Assembly (NCBI RefSeq): GCF_001457615.1 | Contig: NZ_LN831024.1 | Coordinates: 4,740,001-4,772,000 of the forward strand | DNA length: 32,000 bases | Direction of reading: 5' to 3' | From: Pseudomonas aeruginosa | Lineage (GTDB): Bacteria > Pseudomonadota > Gammaproteobacteria > Pseudomonadales > Pseudomonadaceae | Notes under the pieces: model-generated | Told to the model about the DNA's origin: nothing | Seen by the model: only the letters and a program-made list of their open reading frames with translations | Databases searched by the model: none | Translations under genes and position numbers: made by a program | Part shown: piece after piece, positions 1-7,997 of the stretch | Numbering within the stretch: position 1 is the stretch's first letter | Layout of the letters: every line of letters starts with the position of its first letter

Positions 1-476
1 ACGATGGCGGTAGCTACCAGGGCCTTGTGAAGTCCTGCACCCTGCCCCCGCTGGCCCGCAAGATGGAGCCCTTCCGCGGGGGCGGCATGAACGGCCCGGT
101 CAAGGCCGACCTCGGCCACGACGACGACGGCATCCAGTTCGAGTGGACCGTCGGGGGCCTGGAGCTGACCGTCCTCAAGCAGTACGGCGCAGTCAGCGCC
201 AGCGGCGTGATGCTGCGTTTCGCCGGCGCCTACCAGCAGGACGATACCGGCGCGGTCACGTCCGTCGAAATCGTCGTTCGCGGCCGGCACGAGACCATCG
301 AAATGGGTGACGCCCAGCCCGGCGAAGACACCGAGCACAAGATCACCACCACCTGCAGCTACTACAAGCTCGTCGTCAACGGTGAGGAAGTCATCGAGAT
401 CGACCTGCTGAACTTCGTCGAGAAGGTCAACGGCAAGGACCTGCTCGAGGCACAGCGCAAGGCCATCGGCCTGTAA
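1..476 (+). CDS. FII: Major tail tube protein, P2 gpFII-like (5' end truncated by window edge)
   Basis: The frame is open from position 3 with no upstream stop. It lies immediately upstream of the E/E'/T/U/D genes in P2 order. Confidence 0.85.
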   Translation, partial: DGGSYQGLVKSCTLPPLARKMEPFRGGGMNGPVKADLGHDDDGIQFEWTVGGLELTVLKQYGAVSASGVMLRFAGAYQQDDTGAVTSVEIVVRGRHETIEMGDAQPGEDTEHKITTTCSYYKLVVNGEEVIEIDLLNFVEKVNGKDLLEAQRKAIGL

Positions 477-483
477 TCCCTTC

Positions 484-502
484 CCGCCGGCCCGACCGGC
501 GG
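484..502 (+). terminator. GC stem-loop after the tube gene (possible attenuator or mRNA stabiliser)
   Basis: CCGCCGG-cccga-CCGGCGG forms a 7-bp stem, followed by TTCCTCTCCC. There is no clean U-tract. Confidence 0.35.
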
Positions 503-530
503 TTCCTCTCCCCCTTGGATACCGACGCCC

Positions 531-860
531 ATGAAAACCGAACAGACTCCCGCTGACCTGCAGAACGCTCCCGACAACGTCGTAACCCTCGACCAGCCGA
601 TCAAGCGCGGCGCCCAGTCCATCGAATCGCTCACCCTGCGCAAGCCCTCCTCTGGCGAACTCCGCGGCCTGCACCTGCTCGACCTGCTGCAGTTCGACGT
701 GGCTGCGACCATGAAAATCCTGCCGCGCATCAGCCAACCGACCATCACCGAGCCCGAGGCCGCCGGCATGGACCCGGCTGACCTGCTCGCCTGCGGCCAG
801 GTGATCGCCGGTTTTTTGCTGCAGAAGCGGGCGAAGGCGGCAGCCTCCCTGATCGCGTAG
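531..860 (+). CDS. E: Tail assembly chaperone gpE
   Basis: 109-aa ORF between the tube and tape measure genes. It contains the TTTTTTG slippery heptamer near its 3' end, as in P2 gene E. Confidence 0.85.
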   Translation: MKTEQTPADLQNAPDNVVTLDQPIKRGAQSIESLTLRKPSSGELRGLHLLDLLQFDVAATMKILPRISQPTITEPEAAGMDPADLLACGQVIAGFLLQKRAKAAASLIA

Positions 861-988
861 AAAACGCCATGGCCGACCTGGCCGTGACGTTTCACTGGGC
901 GCCGGACCATATGGACCGGCTCTCGCTCACCGAACTGATGGAATGGCGCGAACGCGCCCGGGTACGGAGTTCCGCCGATGGCGAATGA
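531..988 (+). CDS. E': Tail assembly chaperone E+E' (-1 programmed frameshift product)
   Basis: After a -1 slip at 812-818 the frame stays open to TGA at 986-988. It encodes ...MADLAVTFHWAPDHMDRLSLTELMEWRERARVRSSADGE and overlaps the tape measure ATG at 978. Confidence 0.75.
812..818 (+). promoter_or_regulatory. -1 ribosomal frameshift slippery site TTTTTTG
   Basis: G TTT TTT G read in the gpE frame. This matches the slippery motif described for P2 E/E'. Confidence 0.75.
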
Positions 989-3691
989 CCTGCAGCTGCG
1001 CGTGCTGCTCAGCGCGATCGACAGAGCCACCGCTCCCCTGCGTCGCATCATGCAAGGCAGCGATGCGACGGCCCGGGCGCTCAAGGCAACTCGCGAGCGC
1101 CTGAAGCAGCTCAACGCTCAGCAGAGCGACGTACGCGCGTTCCGTACCCAGCGCGGCGCTCTGGAGCAGGTCAGCACCGCGCTGGCCGCGCAACAGGCCC
1201 GGGTGAAAGCGCTGGCCCAGCAGATGGCCACCGCCGGCAACCCCACCCGTGCGCTCACCCGCGACTACAACCGGGCCATCCGTGAAGCTGGTTTCCTCAA
1301 GCAGCAACACCTGCAGCAGAGCCAAGCCCTGCAGCAACTGCGCACGCGCCTCAGCAACGCCGGCATCAGCACCCGCAACCTCGGCCAGCATGAGCGCGAC
1401 CTGCGCGCGCAGATCCAGGCGGCCAACGGCGCCATCAACAGCCAGGCGCAGCGCTTGCGCAACCTCAGCCAGCAGCAGGAACGCCTGACCCACGCCCGAA
1501 ACACCTACAGCCGCGGCATCCAGAGCGCCGCCGCGCTGGCCGGCACCGGCATGGCGGCGCGCGCGACGGGCATGTACACCGGCGACAAGCTGCGGCAGAT
1601 GCTCGGCGTGGGCTACGAGTTCGACGCAACGATGTCGGCGACCCAGGCGGTGACCCGCATCGAGCGCAAGGACGATCCGCAGATGCAGGCGCTGCGGCAA
1701 CAGGCCCGCACCCTGCCGCTGTCCAGCAAATTCACCGACAAGGAAGTCGCCCAGGGCCAGTATTTCCTGGGCCGCACCGGCTACAACGCGAAGCAGATCC
1801 TCGGCGCCATGCCCGGCATGCTCAACCTGGCCGCCGCCGGCGACATGGACCTCGGCGACACCGCTGACATCGCCTCGAACATCCAGACGGCGATGGGTAT
1901 TCCGGCCGAGAAGATGGACCAGGTGGCCGACGTACTGACTGCGGCGTTCACCCGGAACAACGTCGACATCCGCATGCTCGGCGACTCGCTGAAGTACTCC
2001 GCCGGCGTCGGTCGCGAGTACGGCCAGAGCCTGGAGACGGTCACCACCGCCACGGCCCTGCTCGGCAACGCCGGCGTCCAGGGCAGCATGGCCGGCACCT
2101 CGATGCGCTCTGTGCTGACCCGCCTGGGCACGTCCAAGGCGGTAGCCAAGCTGGGCGTCCAGACCAAGGACGCCAACGGCAACATGCGCGATATGCTGGA
2201 CATCCTGAAGGACATCAACAAGAAGACCGCCGGCATGGGCAACGTGCAGCGCGGCGCGATCTTCAAGGACATCGCTGGGCAGTACGCGGTGACAAGCTTC
2301 GGCACCCTGATGCGCGCCGTCGAGGGCGGCCAGTTCCAGACCATGCGCGAAAGCCTGAACAACTCCGAGGGCGAGGCCGCGAGGGTCGCCGCTACCCAGC
2401 TGGACAACCTCAAGGGCGACATGACCATGCTGCATGCGGCCCTGGAAAACATTTCGGTCGAGCTGTTCGACAAGAACAGCCCCTGGCTGCGCGAGCTCGC
2501 CGCCGACCTCAGTCACCTGCTGCACAACGTCGGCGAGTTCCTGAAGGCCAACCCGCAGGTCAGCAAGGGCATCGTCATCACCGTCGCCGCGTTCTCGGCG
2601 CTGATGGCCACCGTCGGCAGCCTGGCCATCACCCTCGCCGGCATCCTCGGCCCGATGATCGCAGTCCGCTTCATGCTCGGCACCATCGGCATTCGCCTGC
2701 CCGGTCTGATCGGCCTGCTGAAACTGCTGTTCGCACCGATCCGCATGCTGGCCGGCCTGTTGATCGGCCCGCTGGTGACCGCCCTGCGCGTCGTGAGCAT
2801 CGCGCTGTGGGGCCTGGCCGCCAACCCGGTGGTCCTGGCAATTGCCGCCGTCGTGGCGGTGCTGGCCGCCGCCGCGTACCTGATCTATCGCAACTGGGAC
2901 GCCGTCAAGGCGTACCTGCTCGGGATGTGGGAAGAGATCCAGGCGGGCCTGAACGGCGGGATCGGCGGGATCATCCGCATCCTCCTCGACTTCAACCCAC
3001 TCGGCCTGATGTACCGCGCCTTCGCCGGCGTCCTGGGCTACCTGGGCATCGACCTGCCGGCGCGCTTCAGCGACTTCGGCAACATGATCGTCCAGGGCCT
3101 GGTGAACGGCCTGCTCGCCGGCTTAGGGCAGATCAAGCGCGCCGTCCAGCGCGTCGGCGGTGCCGCGATCGACTGGTTCAAGGACAAGCTCGGCATCCAT
3201 TCACCGTCGCGGGTATTCGCCGACCTGGGCGGGTTCACCATGGCCGGCCTGACCCAGGGCCTCGGCGCCGGCCAGGCCGGCCCGCTGGGCGTGATTGCAC
3301 GTCTCGGCCAAGGCCTGGTCAGCGCGGGCCGTCAGGCTGTCGCCGGCCTCGACGGGGAGTTTGCCCGAGGCCCCCGCCCTGCGATCACGCCGCCGACGTT
3401 CGACCAGCCGCTGCTGGCCATGCTGGGCGCCCTGGGCAAGAGCGCCGGCGCCATCGGCGCCCTGGTGCTCGGCGCCAGCGCCCCAGCGCAGGCCATCACC
3501 ATCGACAACCGTCCCCGGTCAGTTCGGCGCCAGCAGCGATCAGCGTCGGCGGCGACACCTACTACATCACCATCCAGGCCGGCGCGGGCAGCGACACCGC
3601 AGACCTGAAACGCACGCTCAGCCAACTGCTGGACGAGCGCGAACGCAACAAGGCGGCGCGCCTGCGCGCCCGCCTGCAGGACCGGGAGTAA
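978..3691 (+). CDS. T: Tail tape measure protein gpT-like; reading frame broken at about 3513-3517
   Basis: The 876-aa ORF (978..3608) has a coiled-coil N-terminus and hydrophobic central segments. The expected C-terminus (ISVGGDTYYITIQAGAGSDTADLKRTLSQLLDERERNKAARLRARLQDRE) sits in the -1 frame, ends at 3691, and is followed 5 nt later by the gpU start. Confidence 0.8.
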
Positions 3692-3696
3692 CCACC

Positions 3697-4137
3697 ATGA
3701 TGCTGTCCCTCGGGATGTTCGTCTTCAGCCTGCACACGCTGGCCTACCAAGAGTTCCAGCGACAGACCGAGTGGCGACACGCCAGCAGCAGCCGCATCGG
3801 TGCCCAGCCGGCGCGCCAGTTCGTCGGCCGCGGCGACGACGCGATCACCCTGCCTGGCGTGCTGCTGCCGGAGCTGGCCGGCAGCGCGTTGAGCCTGGAC
3901 GTGCTGCGGCAGATGGCTGACACCGGGTCGGCCTGGCCCATGGTCGAGGGCACCGGACGCATCTACGGCCTGTGGGTGATCGAGCGCGTCACCGAGACGC
4001 GGACACTCTTCTTCGCCGACGGCACCCCGCGGCGGATCGAGTTCTCCCTCGAGCTCAAGCGCATCGACGACGGCCGCACCGATCTGCTCGGCTCGGTCCT
4101 CGGTACCGCCGGCAACCTGCTGAGACGCATCCTGTGA
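3697..4137 (+). CDS. U: Tail protein gpU-like
   Basis: ATG at 3697 lies behind GGGAG. The 146-aa product begins MMLSLGMFVFSLHTLAYQEF, and the gene sits between T and D. Confidence 0.85.
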   Translation: MMLSLGMFVFSLHTLAYQEFQRQTEWRHASSSRIGAQPARQFVGRGDDAITLPGVLLPELAGSALSLDVLRQMADTGSAWPMVEGTGRIYGLWVIERVTETRTLFFADGTPRRIEFSLELKRIDDGRTDLLGSVLGTAGNLLRRIL

Positions 4138-5405
4138 TCGATGCCGCCCTCGCCCGCGTAACGGGCTACCTGACCAGCGCCGTCGACCAGTTGCAGCGCG
4201 ACGCCGGCTACCCGGTGCCGGTGTTCCGGCTCACGGTCGACGGCAACGACATCGCCCAGCTCATCAGCCCTCGGCTGATCGCCCTGGATCTGACCGACAA
4301 TCGCGGCCTCGAGGCCGATCAGTTGAGCGTGACACTCAGCGATCATGACGGGCTGCTCGCGATCCCCCCGCGCGGCGCCGTGCTGCACCTCTGGCTGGGC
4401 TGGAGTGACAGCGGACTGGTCGACAAGGGCACCTACACCGTCGACGAAACCGAGCACAGCGGCGCGCCGGACGTGCTCAGCATCCGCGCCCGCTCAGCGG
4501 ACCTGCGCAAGGGCCTGAAGGTCAAGCGCGAACGCAGTTGGAGCAGCCCGAAGACGCTGGGCGACGTGCTCACCGACATCGCCCTCGGCAACAACCTGAA
4601 GCCGGTGCTCGCGCCGGCGCTGGCGGGCCTGCCGATCCTGCAGCTGGACCAGGCCAACGAGTCCGACGCCAACCTGCTGACACGCCTGGGCGAGGACTTC
4701 GATGCGGTGGCCACCGTGAAAGCCGGCTGCCTGCTCTGCCTGCCGGCCGGCGGCGGCAAGACTGCCAGCGGCCTGGCGCTGCCGCACATCAACCTCACCC
4801 GCCAGGATGGCGACCAGCACCGCTACCTGCAGGCCGACCGCGACAGCTACGACGGCGTGCGCGCGTACTTCTACGACGTGAACAGCGCAAAGAAGCAGGA
4901 GGCCATCGCCGGTGCCAAAGGCGACAACCTCAAGGACCTGCGCCACACCTACAGCGACCGCCAGAGCGCCCTGCGCGCCGCCCGCGCCGAGTGGAACCGC
5001 CTACAGCGTGGCAGCGCCACGCTCAGCTACGTGCTCGCCAAGGGCCGGCCGGACCTGATCCCGGAGCTGACCTACACCCTGCAGGGCGTGAAGACTTCGA
5101 TCGATGCGATCATCTGGTACGGCGGCAATGTGCAGCACAGCCTCAGCGCCGACGGCGGCTACATCACCAGCCTAGAGATGGAAAGCAAGCTGCCCGAGGA
5201 CCTGGTCAGCGACCTGGCCGACGACACCGGCGGCGACTACACCGGCATCATCGCCTACTACCGCGACGAGAAGAGCGGGACGGAGAAGACCATCACCGCG
5301 GGAGACCAGAGCAAGCCGCGCCGTCTGCGCTACCTGTACAGCACCAAGGCCAGTGCGAAGCGGGCTGTGGATCGAGAGTGGAAACGGCTGCTGGCATCCC
5401 GCTAA
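4134..5405 (+). CDS. D: Tail/late protein gpD-like
   Basis: GTG at 4134 overlaps the gpU stop (GTGA). About 423 aa and last gene of the tail cluster. Confidence 0.85.
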   Translation: MIDAALARVTGYLTSAVDQLQRDAGYPVPVFRLTVDGNDIAQLISPRLIALDLTDNRGLEADQLSVTLSDHDGLLAIPPRGAVLHLWLGWSDSGLVDKGTYTVDETEHSGAPDVLSIRARSADLRKGLKVKRERSWSSPKTLGDVLTDIALGNNLKPVLAPALAGLPILQLDQANESDANLLTRLGEDFDAVATVKAGCLLCLPAGGGKTASGLALPHINLTRQDGDQHRYLQADRDSYDGVRAYFYDVNSAKKQEAIAGAKGDNLKDLRHTYSDRQSALRAARAEWNRLQRGSATLSYVLAKGRPDLIPELTYTLQGVKTSIDAIIWYGGNVQHSLSADGGYITSLEMESKLPEDLVSDLADDTGGDYTGIIAYYRDEKSGTEKTITAGDQSKPRRLRYLYSTKASAKRAVDREWKRLLASR

Positions 5406-5437
5406 CCGCTTGTCTAACTGGTACCGTGTTAGCGGTT
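5404..5437. terminator. Inverted repeat between convergent gpD and the cargo gene (putative bidirectional terminator)
   Basis: AACCGCT (5404-5410) pairs with AGCGGTT (5431-5437), with inner AAC/GTT and GGTACC pairing, followed by TTAATA. It also marks the GC-to-AT compositional boundary. Confidence 0.4.
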
Positions 5438-5486
5438 TAATAGGATATGTACGAAACCAAAGTCCCCATCTAATTCAAATAGAACA

Positions 5487-6176
5487 CTAAGAGCCACTTG
5501 GCTTTTCATCCAGAGCCATACGGTAACGTAGGATTTGCTCATCCAACTTACCAATCTGCCTCCGAAGATCTAAATTCATATCTTTCTCATTTGAAAGATC
5601 TGTATTAAGGCTACTAATTTGCCGCTCTAAAGTCCTGACAAGAATTGCGCTATCCGGTGGATACTTGAAATCTTCCTTTACTCTTTCAAGTTCAGCCAAA
5701 GTAGTGGCCCAACTATCCTTAACCTCTCGCTCTCTAGCCGTCGCCGCTCTCGCTATTTCTATCTGGTTTTTGAGTTGATTCTCAAGGTCGTCAGCCTTAT
5801 GAATATATTTAACCCTTAGCTCCATAGCTTCTTCTTCAGAGATGGGCCTTTTCCCTTCTGCTGCAAGTCTTATCTCTTGAATATCCCTCTTACTTTCAAG
5901 TGAAAATTTCAGAGCCCACCTAGCAGGAACTGGATAAATAAATATATAGAAAAGAGCGGTAGCAAGAGGACCAAAGAAGAAAAAGATTAGAGCAACGTAC
6001 CAAGGATTCCATAGACTCTGCTCTATATAATTAAACTTAGCACCAGGCTCCATGTTGGAAAAAATCACAACAAAAAACTTATAATTCCATAAAATCCACG
6101 AGACACAAAAAGCGCCGGATAGTGGGCTCTCAATCCTATCCTTAAAATTACTTTTAATGGACTCCAAAATATCCAT
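5487..6176 (-). CDS. Orphan membrane-anchored coiled-coil protein (2 predicted TM helices plus about 140-aa coiled coil); AT-rich foreign cargo
   Basis: 229-aa ORF whose ATG lies 13 nt after the upstream stop, behind GGGGAGGGGG. Hydrophobic segments are GAFCVSWILWNYKFFVVIF and WYVALIFFFFGPLATALFYIFIYPV. The C-terminal half is charged and heptad-like. No family recognised. Confidence 0.8.
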   Translation of the reverse strand: MDILESIKSNFKDRIESPLSGAFCVSWILWNYKFFVVIFSNMEPGAKFNYIEQSLWNPWYVALIFFFFGPLATALFYIFIYPVPARWALKFSLESKRDIQEIRLAAEGKRPISEEEAMELRVKYIHKADDLENQLKNQIEIARAATAREREVKDSWATTLAELERVKEDFKYPPDSAILVRTLERQISSLNTDLSNEKDMNLDLRRQIGKLDEQILRYRMALDEKPSGS

Positions 6177-6189
6177 GCCCCCTCCCCGT

Positions 6190-6540
6190 TTATGCGCCAG
6201 CCGCGCAGGCTAGGCGCTTCCGCTCATAATCCATCTGGTGCCCCTTCAGTTCAGGCAGCGGGTCGTCCATATCGGCCTGTACCACCAGATCGGACAACAC
6301 CCATCCCAATGCCTCATAGGCCTTGAAGCAGATTTCGTTGGCGCTGCTGCGGATACCAGGGCGGTACCGGTCCAAATCGCCGAACACCTCGGTTACTTGG
6401 TCAACACTCGAAGCCTGCAACGCGTCCAGCATCCTCTGGTGCAGGTTGTCCATCAGTTCGACCTGGGCGGCCGAATCCGCCACCGCAGCACATGAAACCA
6501 TCAGTCCGACCGACGCGGCCGTTCCCTTAAGCCAGTTCAT
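6190..6540 (-). CDS. Small exported protein, possibly a lipoprotein
   Basis: 116 aa with an N-terminal signal-like MNWLKGTAASVGLMVSCAAVA. LMVSC is lipobox-like, and two further Cys are present. SD GAGAGGGA lies upstream. Confidence 0.7.
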   Translation of the reverse strand: MNWLKGTAASVGLMVSCAAVADSAAQVELMDNLHQRMLDALQASSVDQVTEVFGDLDRYRPGIRSSANEICFKAYEALGWVLSDLVVQADMDDPLPELKGHQMDYERKRLACAAGA

Positions 6541-6560
6541 ACGTCCCTCTCTTCACAGTG

Positions 6561-6586
6561 GGGCCTTCGGCTACCGCCGAAGACCC
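6561..6586 (-). promoter_or_regulatory. Strong RNA hairpin between the micro-ORF and the exported-protein gene
   Basis: On the minus-strand transcript, GGGUCUUCGGC-GGUA-GCCGAAGGCCC gives 11 bp with one G-U. On the plus strand the same position is a C-A mismatch. No U-tract follows. Confidence 0.5.
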
Positions 6587-6592
6587 GTTCAA

Positions 6593-6709
6593 TCAACGAT
6601 CCCGGTAAGCGCATGCCAACCGCAGCAAGTCCAACTGGTCCTGCTCGCTCATCTGACTCAGGCAGATCAGAAGAGCGGTGAGCACGACAGGATCGATGGG
6701 CTTATCCAT
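6593..6709 (-). CDS. Micro-ORF, 38 aa (MDKPIDPVVLTALLICLSQMSEQDQLDLLRLACAYRDR)
   Basis: ATG is preceded by AAGGAG at good spacing. It is the first ORF downstream of the repressor gene on the same strand and is below the ORF-track size cutoff. Confidence 0.4.
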   Translation of the reverse strand: MDKPIDPVVLTALLICLSQMSEQDQLDLLRLACAYRDR

Positions 6710-6858
6710 AGGTCTACTCCTTAGACAGGCCACCCGGCGACATCATGCCACCGTGCCAGCAGCCTGGGAGTACCCCATTGTTCACATAGGTTGACGCCCA
6801 AAAAGCAGACGCAGCGAAGCCTCCCCCTAACGAATTTCCTACTCGACAGCGATACGTC

Positions 6859-7257
6859 TCATTTCTTCGTAGGACGTGTTGCAGCGGCTTCGGAGAGCGC
6901 GCGCCCCATCCGCACATAGGCAGCTCGATCTGCTTCGTCCATAGATGTCATGTATCCCAGTACATCCAACTCGCTCTGGCTGAGAGCATCGAGTTCGGCA
7001 GGAAGTCGCCTGCCAGTTATCACGTAAAGAACATCAACCCCAAACGCATCGGCCGCAGCGAGATACAAAGCATCAGGGCTACGCTCCCCTTTTTCGTAGT
7101 TGTATTGGCTGTTCTTCGACACATTCAGCTGGGCAGCAAAGTCCGTCTGGTTCATGCCCAGCCGTTCCCGCTCCTCCTTCAGCCGTTCCCCGATTCCCAC
7201 ATACGTCTCCAAATGCGCTTGACTTTCCATCATTCGTAGGAAAAACTGCGCATACAT
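6859..7257 (-). CDS. cI-type immunity repressor, XRE-family HTH
   Basis: HTH motif IGERLKEERERLGMNQTDFAAQLNVSKNSQYNYEKGERSP. It is divergent from a Ner/Cro-like gene. Alternative ATG starts lie at 7233 and 7230. Confidence 0.8.
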   Translation of the reverse strand: MYAQFFLRMMESQAHLETYVGIGERLKEERERLGMNQTDFAAQLNVSKNSQYNYEKGERSPDALYLAAADAFGVDVLYVITGRRLPAELDALSQSELDVLGYMTSMDEADRAAYVRMGRALSEAAATRPTKK

Positions 7258-7276
7258 TCACACGAAGTCACACGAA
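7258..7276. promoter_or_regulatory. Tandem direct repeat TCACACGAA x2 (10-bp register) in the immunity switch region; putative operator
   Basis: TCACACGAAG TCACACGAAA lies between the divergent repressor and Ner-like genes. Confidence 0.45.
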
Positions 7277-7284
7277 ACGAGACT

Positions 7285-7497
7285 ATGCACAACGCCTACC
7301 CCACCGAGCAAGCGTGCGAGAAAGCGCGCCAGCATCTGGCGAGCCAAGGGCTGTCGGCCAGGCAATGGGCGGTGAAGAACAACCTCACCCCCTCGACCGT
7401 GTACGCCGTCCTCAACCGACAGAAGAAGTGCCTGCGCGGCGAAGCCCATCGCGCGGCTGTCCTTCTCGGCATCAAAGACGGCGTGATCGCACAGTAA
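7285..7497 (+). CDS. ner: Ner / BcepMu gp16-like small HTH regulator (Cro analogue)
   Basis: 70 aa with the motif LTPSTVYAVLNRQKKCLRGEAHRAAVLLGIK. It is the first gene of the rightward early operon. Confidence 0.6.
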   Translation: MHNAYPTEQACEKARQHLASQGLSARQWAVKNNLTPSTVYAVLNRQKKCLRGEAHRAAVLLGIKDGVIAQ

Positions 7498-7997
7498 TGG
7501 CCACCGCACTGGGGGGACACCAGAAGATGAAACGCCCGCTCCTAGAAACGCGGCGCCAGGTGGTCAGCGCGATCATCGGCGCCTACCCCGGCGGTCGCGA
7601 ATGCGCCGCTGCCCGCCTGGGCCTCGACCTGAAGAAGTTTGACAACCACGCCTACGAAAACGCCGGCAGCAAGCCGCTCAGCGACGACCAGTTGCTCTTG
7701 CTCGAGCAGGAAACCGGCACCAGCCACTTCCCCGAGTACGTCGCACACCTGTATGGCGGCATGTTCGTGCAGATGCCCGATCCAGCCCAGCTGGACAACC
7801 TCGACCTGTACGCCAGGGGCGTCGCCACCGCCATCAGGCGCGGCGAGGTCGACCGCATCATCGCCGAGGCGCTACGCGACGGAGAGATCGACGAGGCCGA
7901 ACTCGCCGAAATCATCGTCGCCCACCGCCAACACCTGGCCGCACGACATGCCGAAGTCGGCGCAGTGATCACCCTGCACCGGAGGGTCAAGGCGTGA
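7497..7997 (+). CDS. Phage CII-like regulatory protein
   Basis: ATG overlaps the preceding stop (TAATG). The segment ETRRQVVSAIIGAYPGGRECAAARLGLDLKKFDNHAYENAGSKPLSDDQLLLLEQETG resembles CII/CP76-type regulators; assignment is from memory. Confidence 0.55.
   Translation: MATALGGHQKMKRPLLETRRQVVSAIIGAYPGGRECAAARLGLDLKKFDNHAYENAGSKPLSDDQLLLLEQETGTSHFPEYVAHLYGGMFVQMPDPAQLDNLDLYARGVATAIRRGEVDRIIAEALRDGEIDEAELAEIIVAHRQHLAARHAEVGAVITLHRRVKA

Noticed and set aside
362-2525. Long minus-strand and alternative-frame ORFs over the tail genes (for example 362..1114, 927..2525, 1781..2473)
   Set aside because: These are shadow ORFs typical of high-GC DNA. Their products are Arg/Ala/Pro-rich and low-complexity. 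They overlap genes with clear P2 tail homology and synteny on the plus strand.
2807-3691. 294-aa plus-strand ORF treated as an independent gene
   Set aside because: Only its last ~55 codons look like protein, and they form the natural C-terminus of the tape measure. The upstream part is out-of-frame Arg/Pro-rich noise. It is interpreted as the second half of a frame-broken tape measure gene.
6741-6759. Sigma-54-like TGGCAC motif on the minus strand upstream of the micro-ORF (CTGGCACGGTGGCATGATG)
   Set aside because: The GG-to-GC spacing is about 7 nt instead of the required 10, and there is no TTGC element at -12. It is most likely a chance match.
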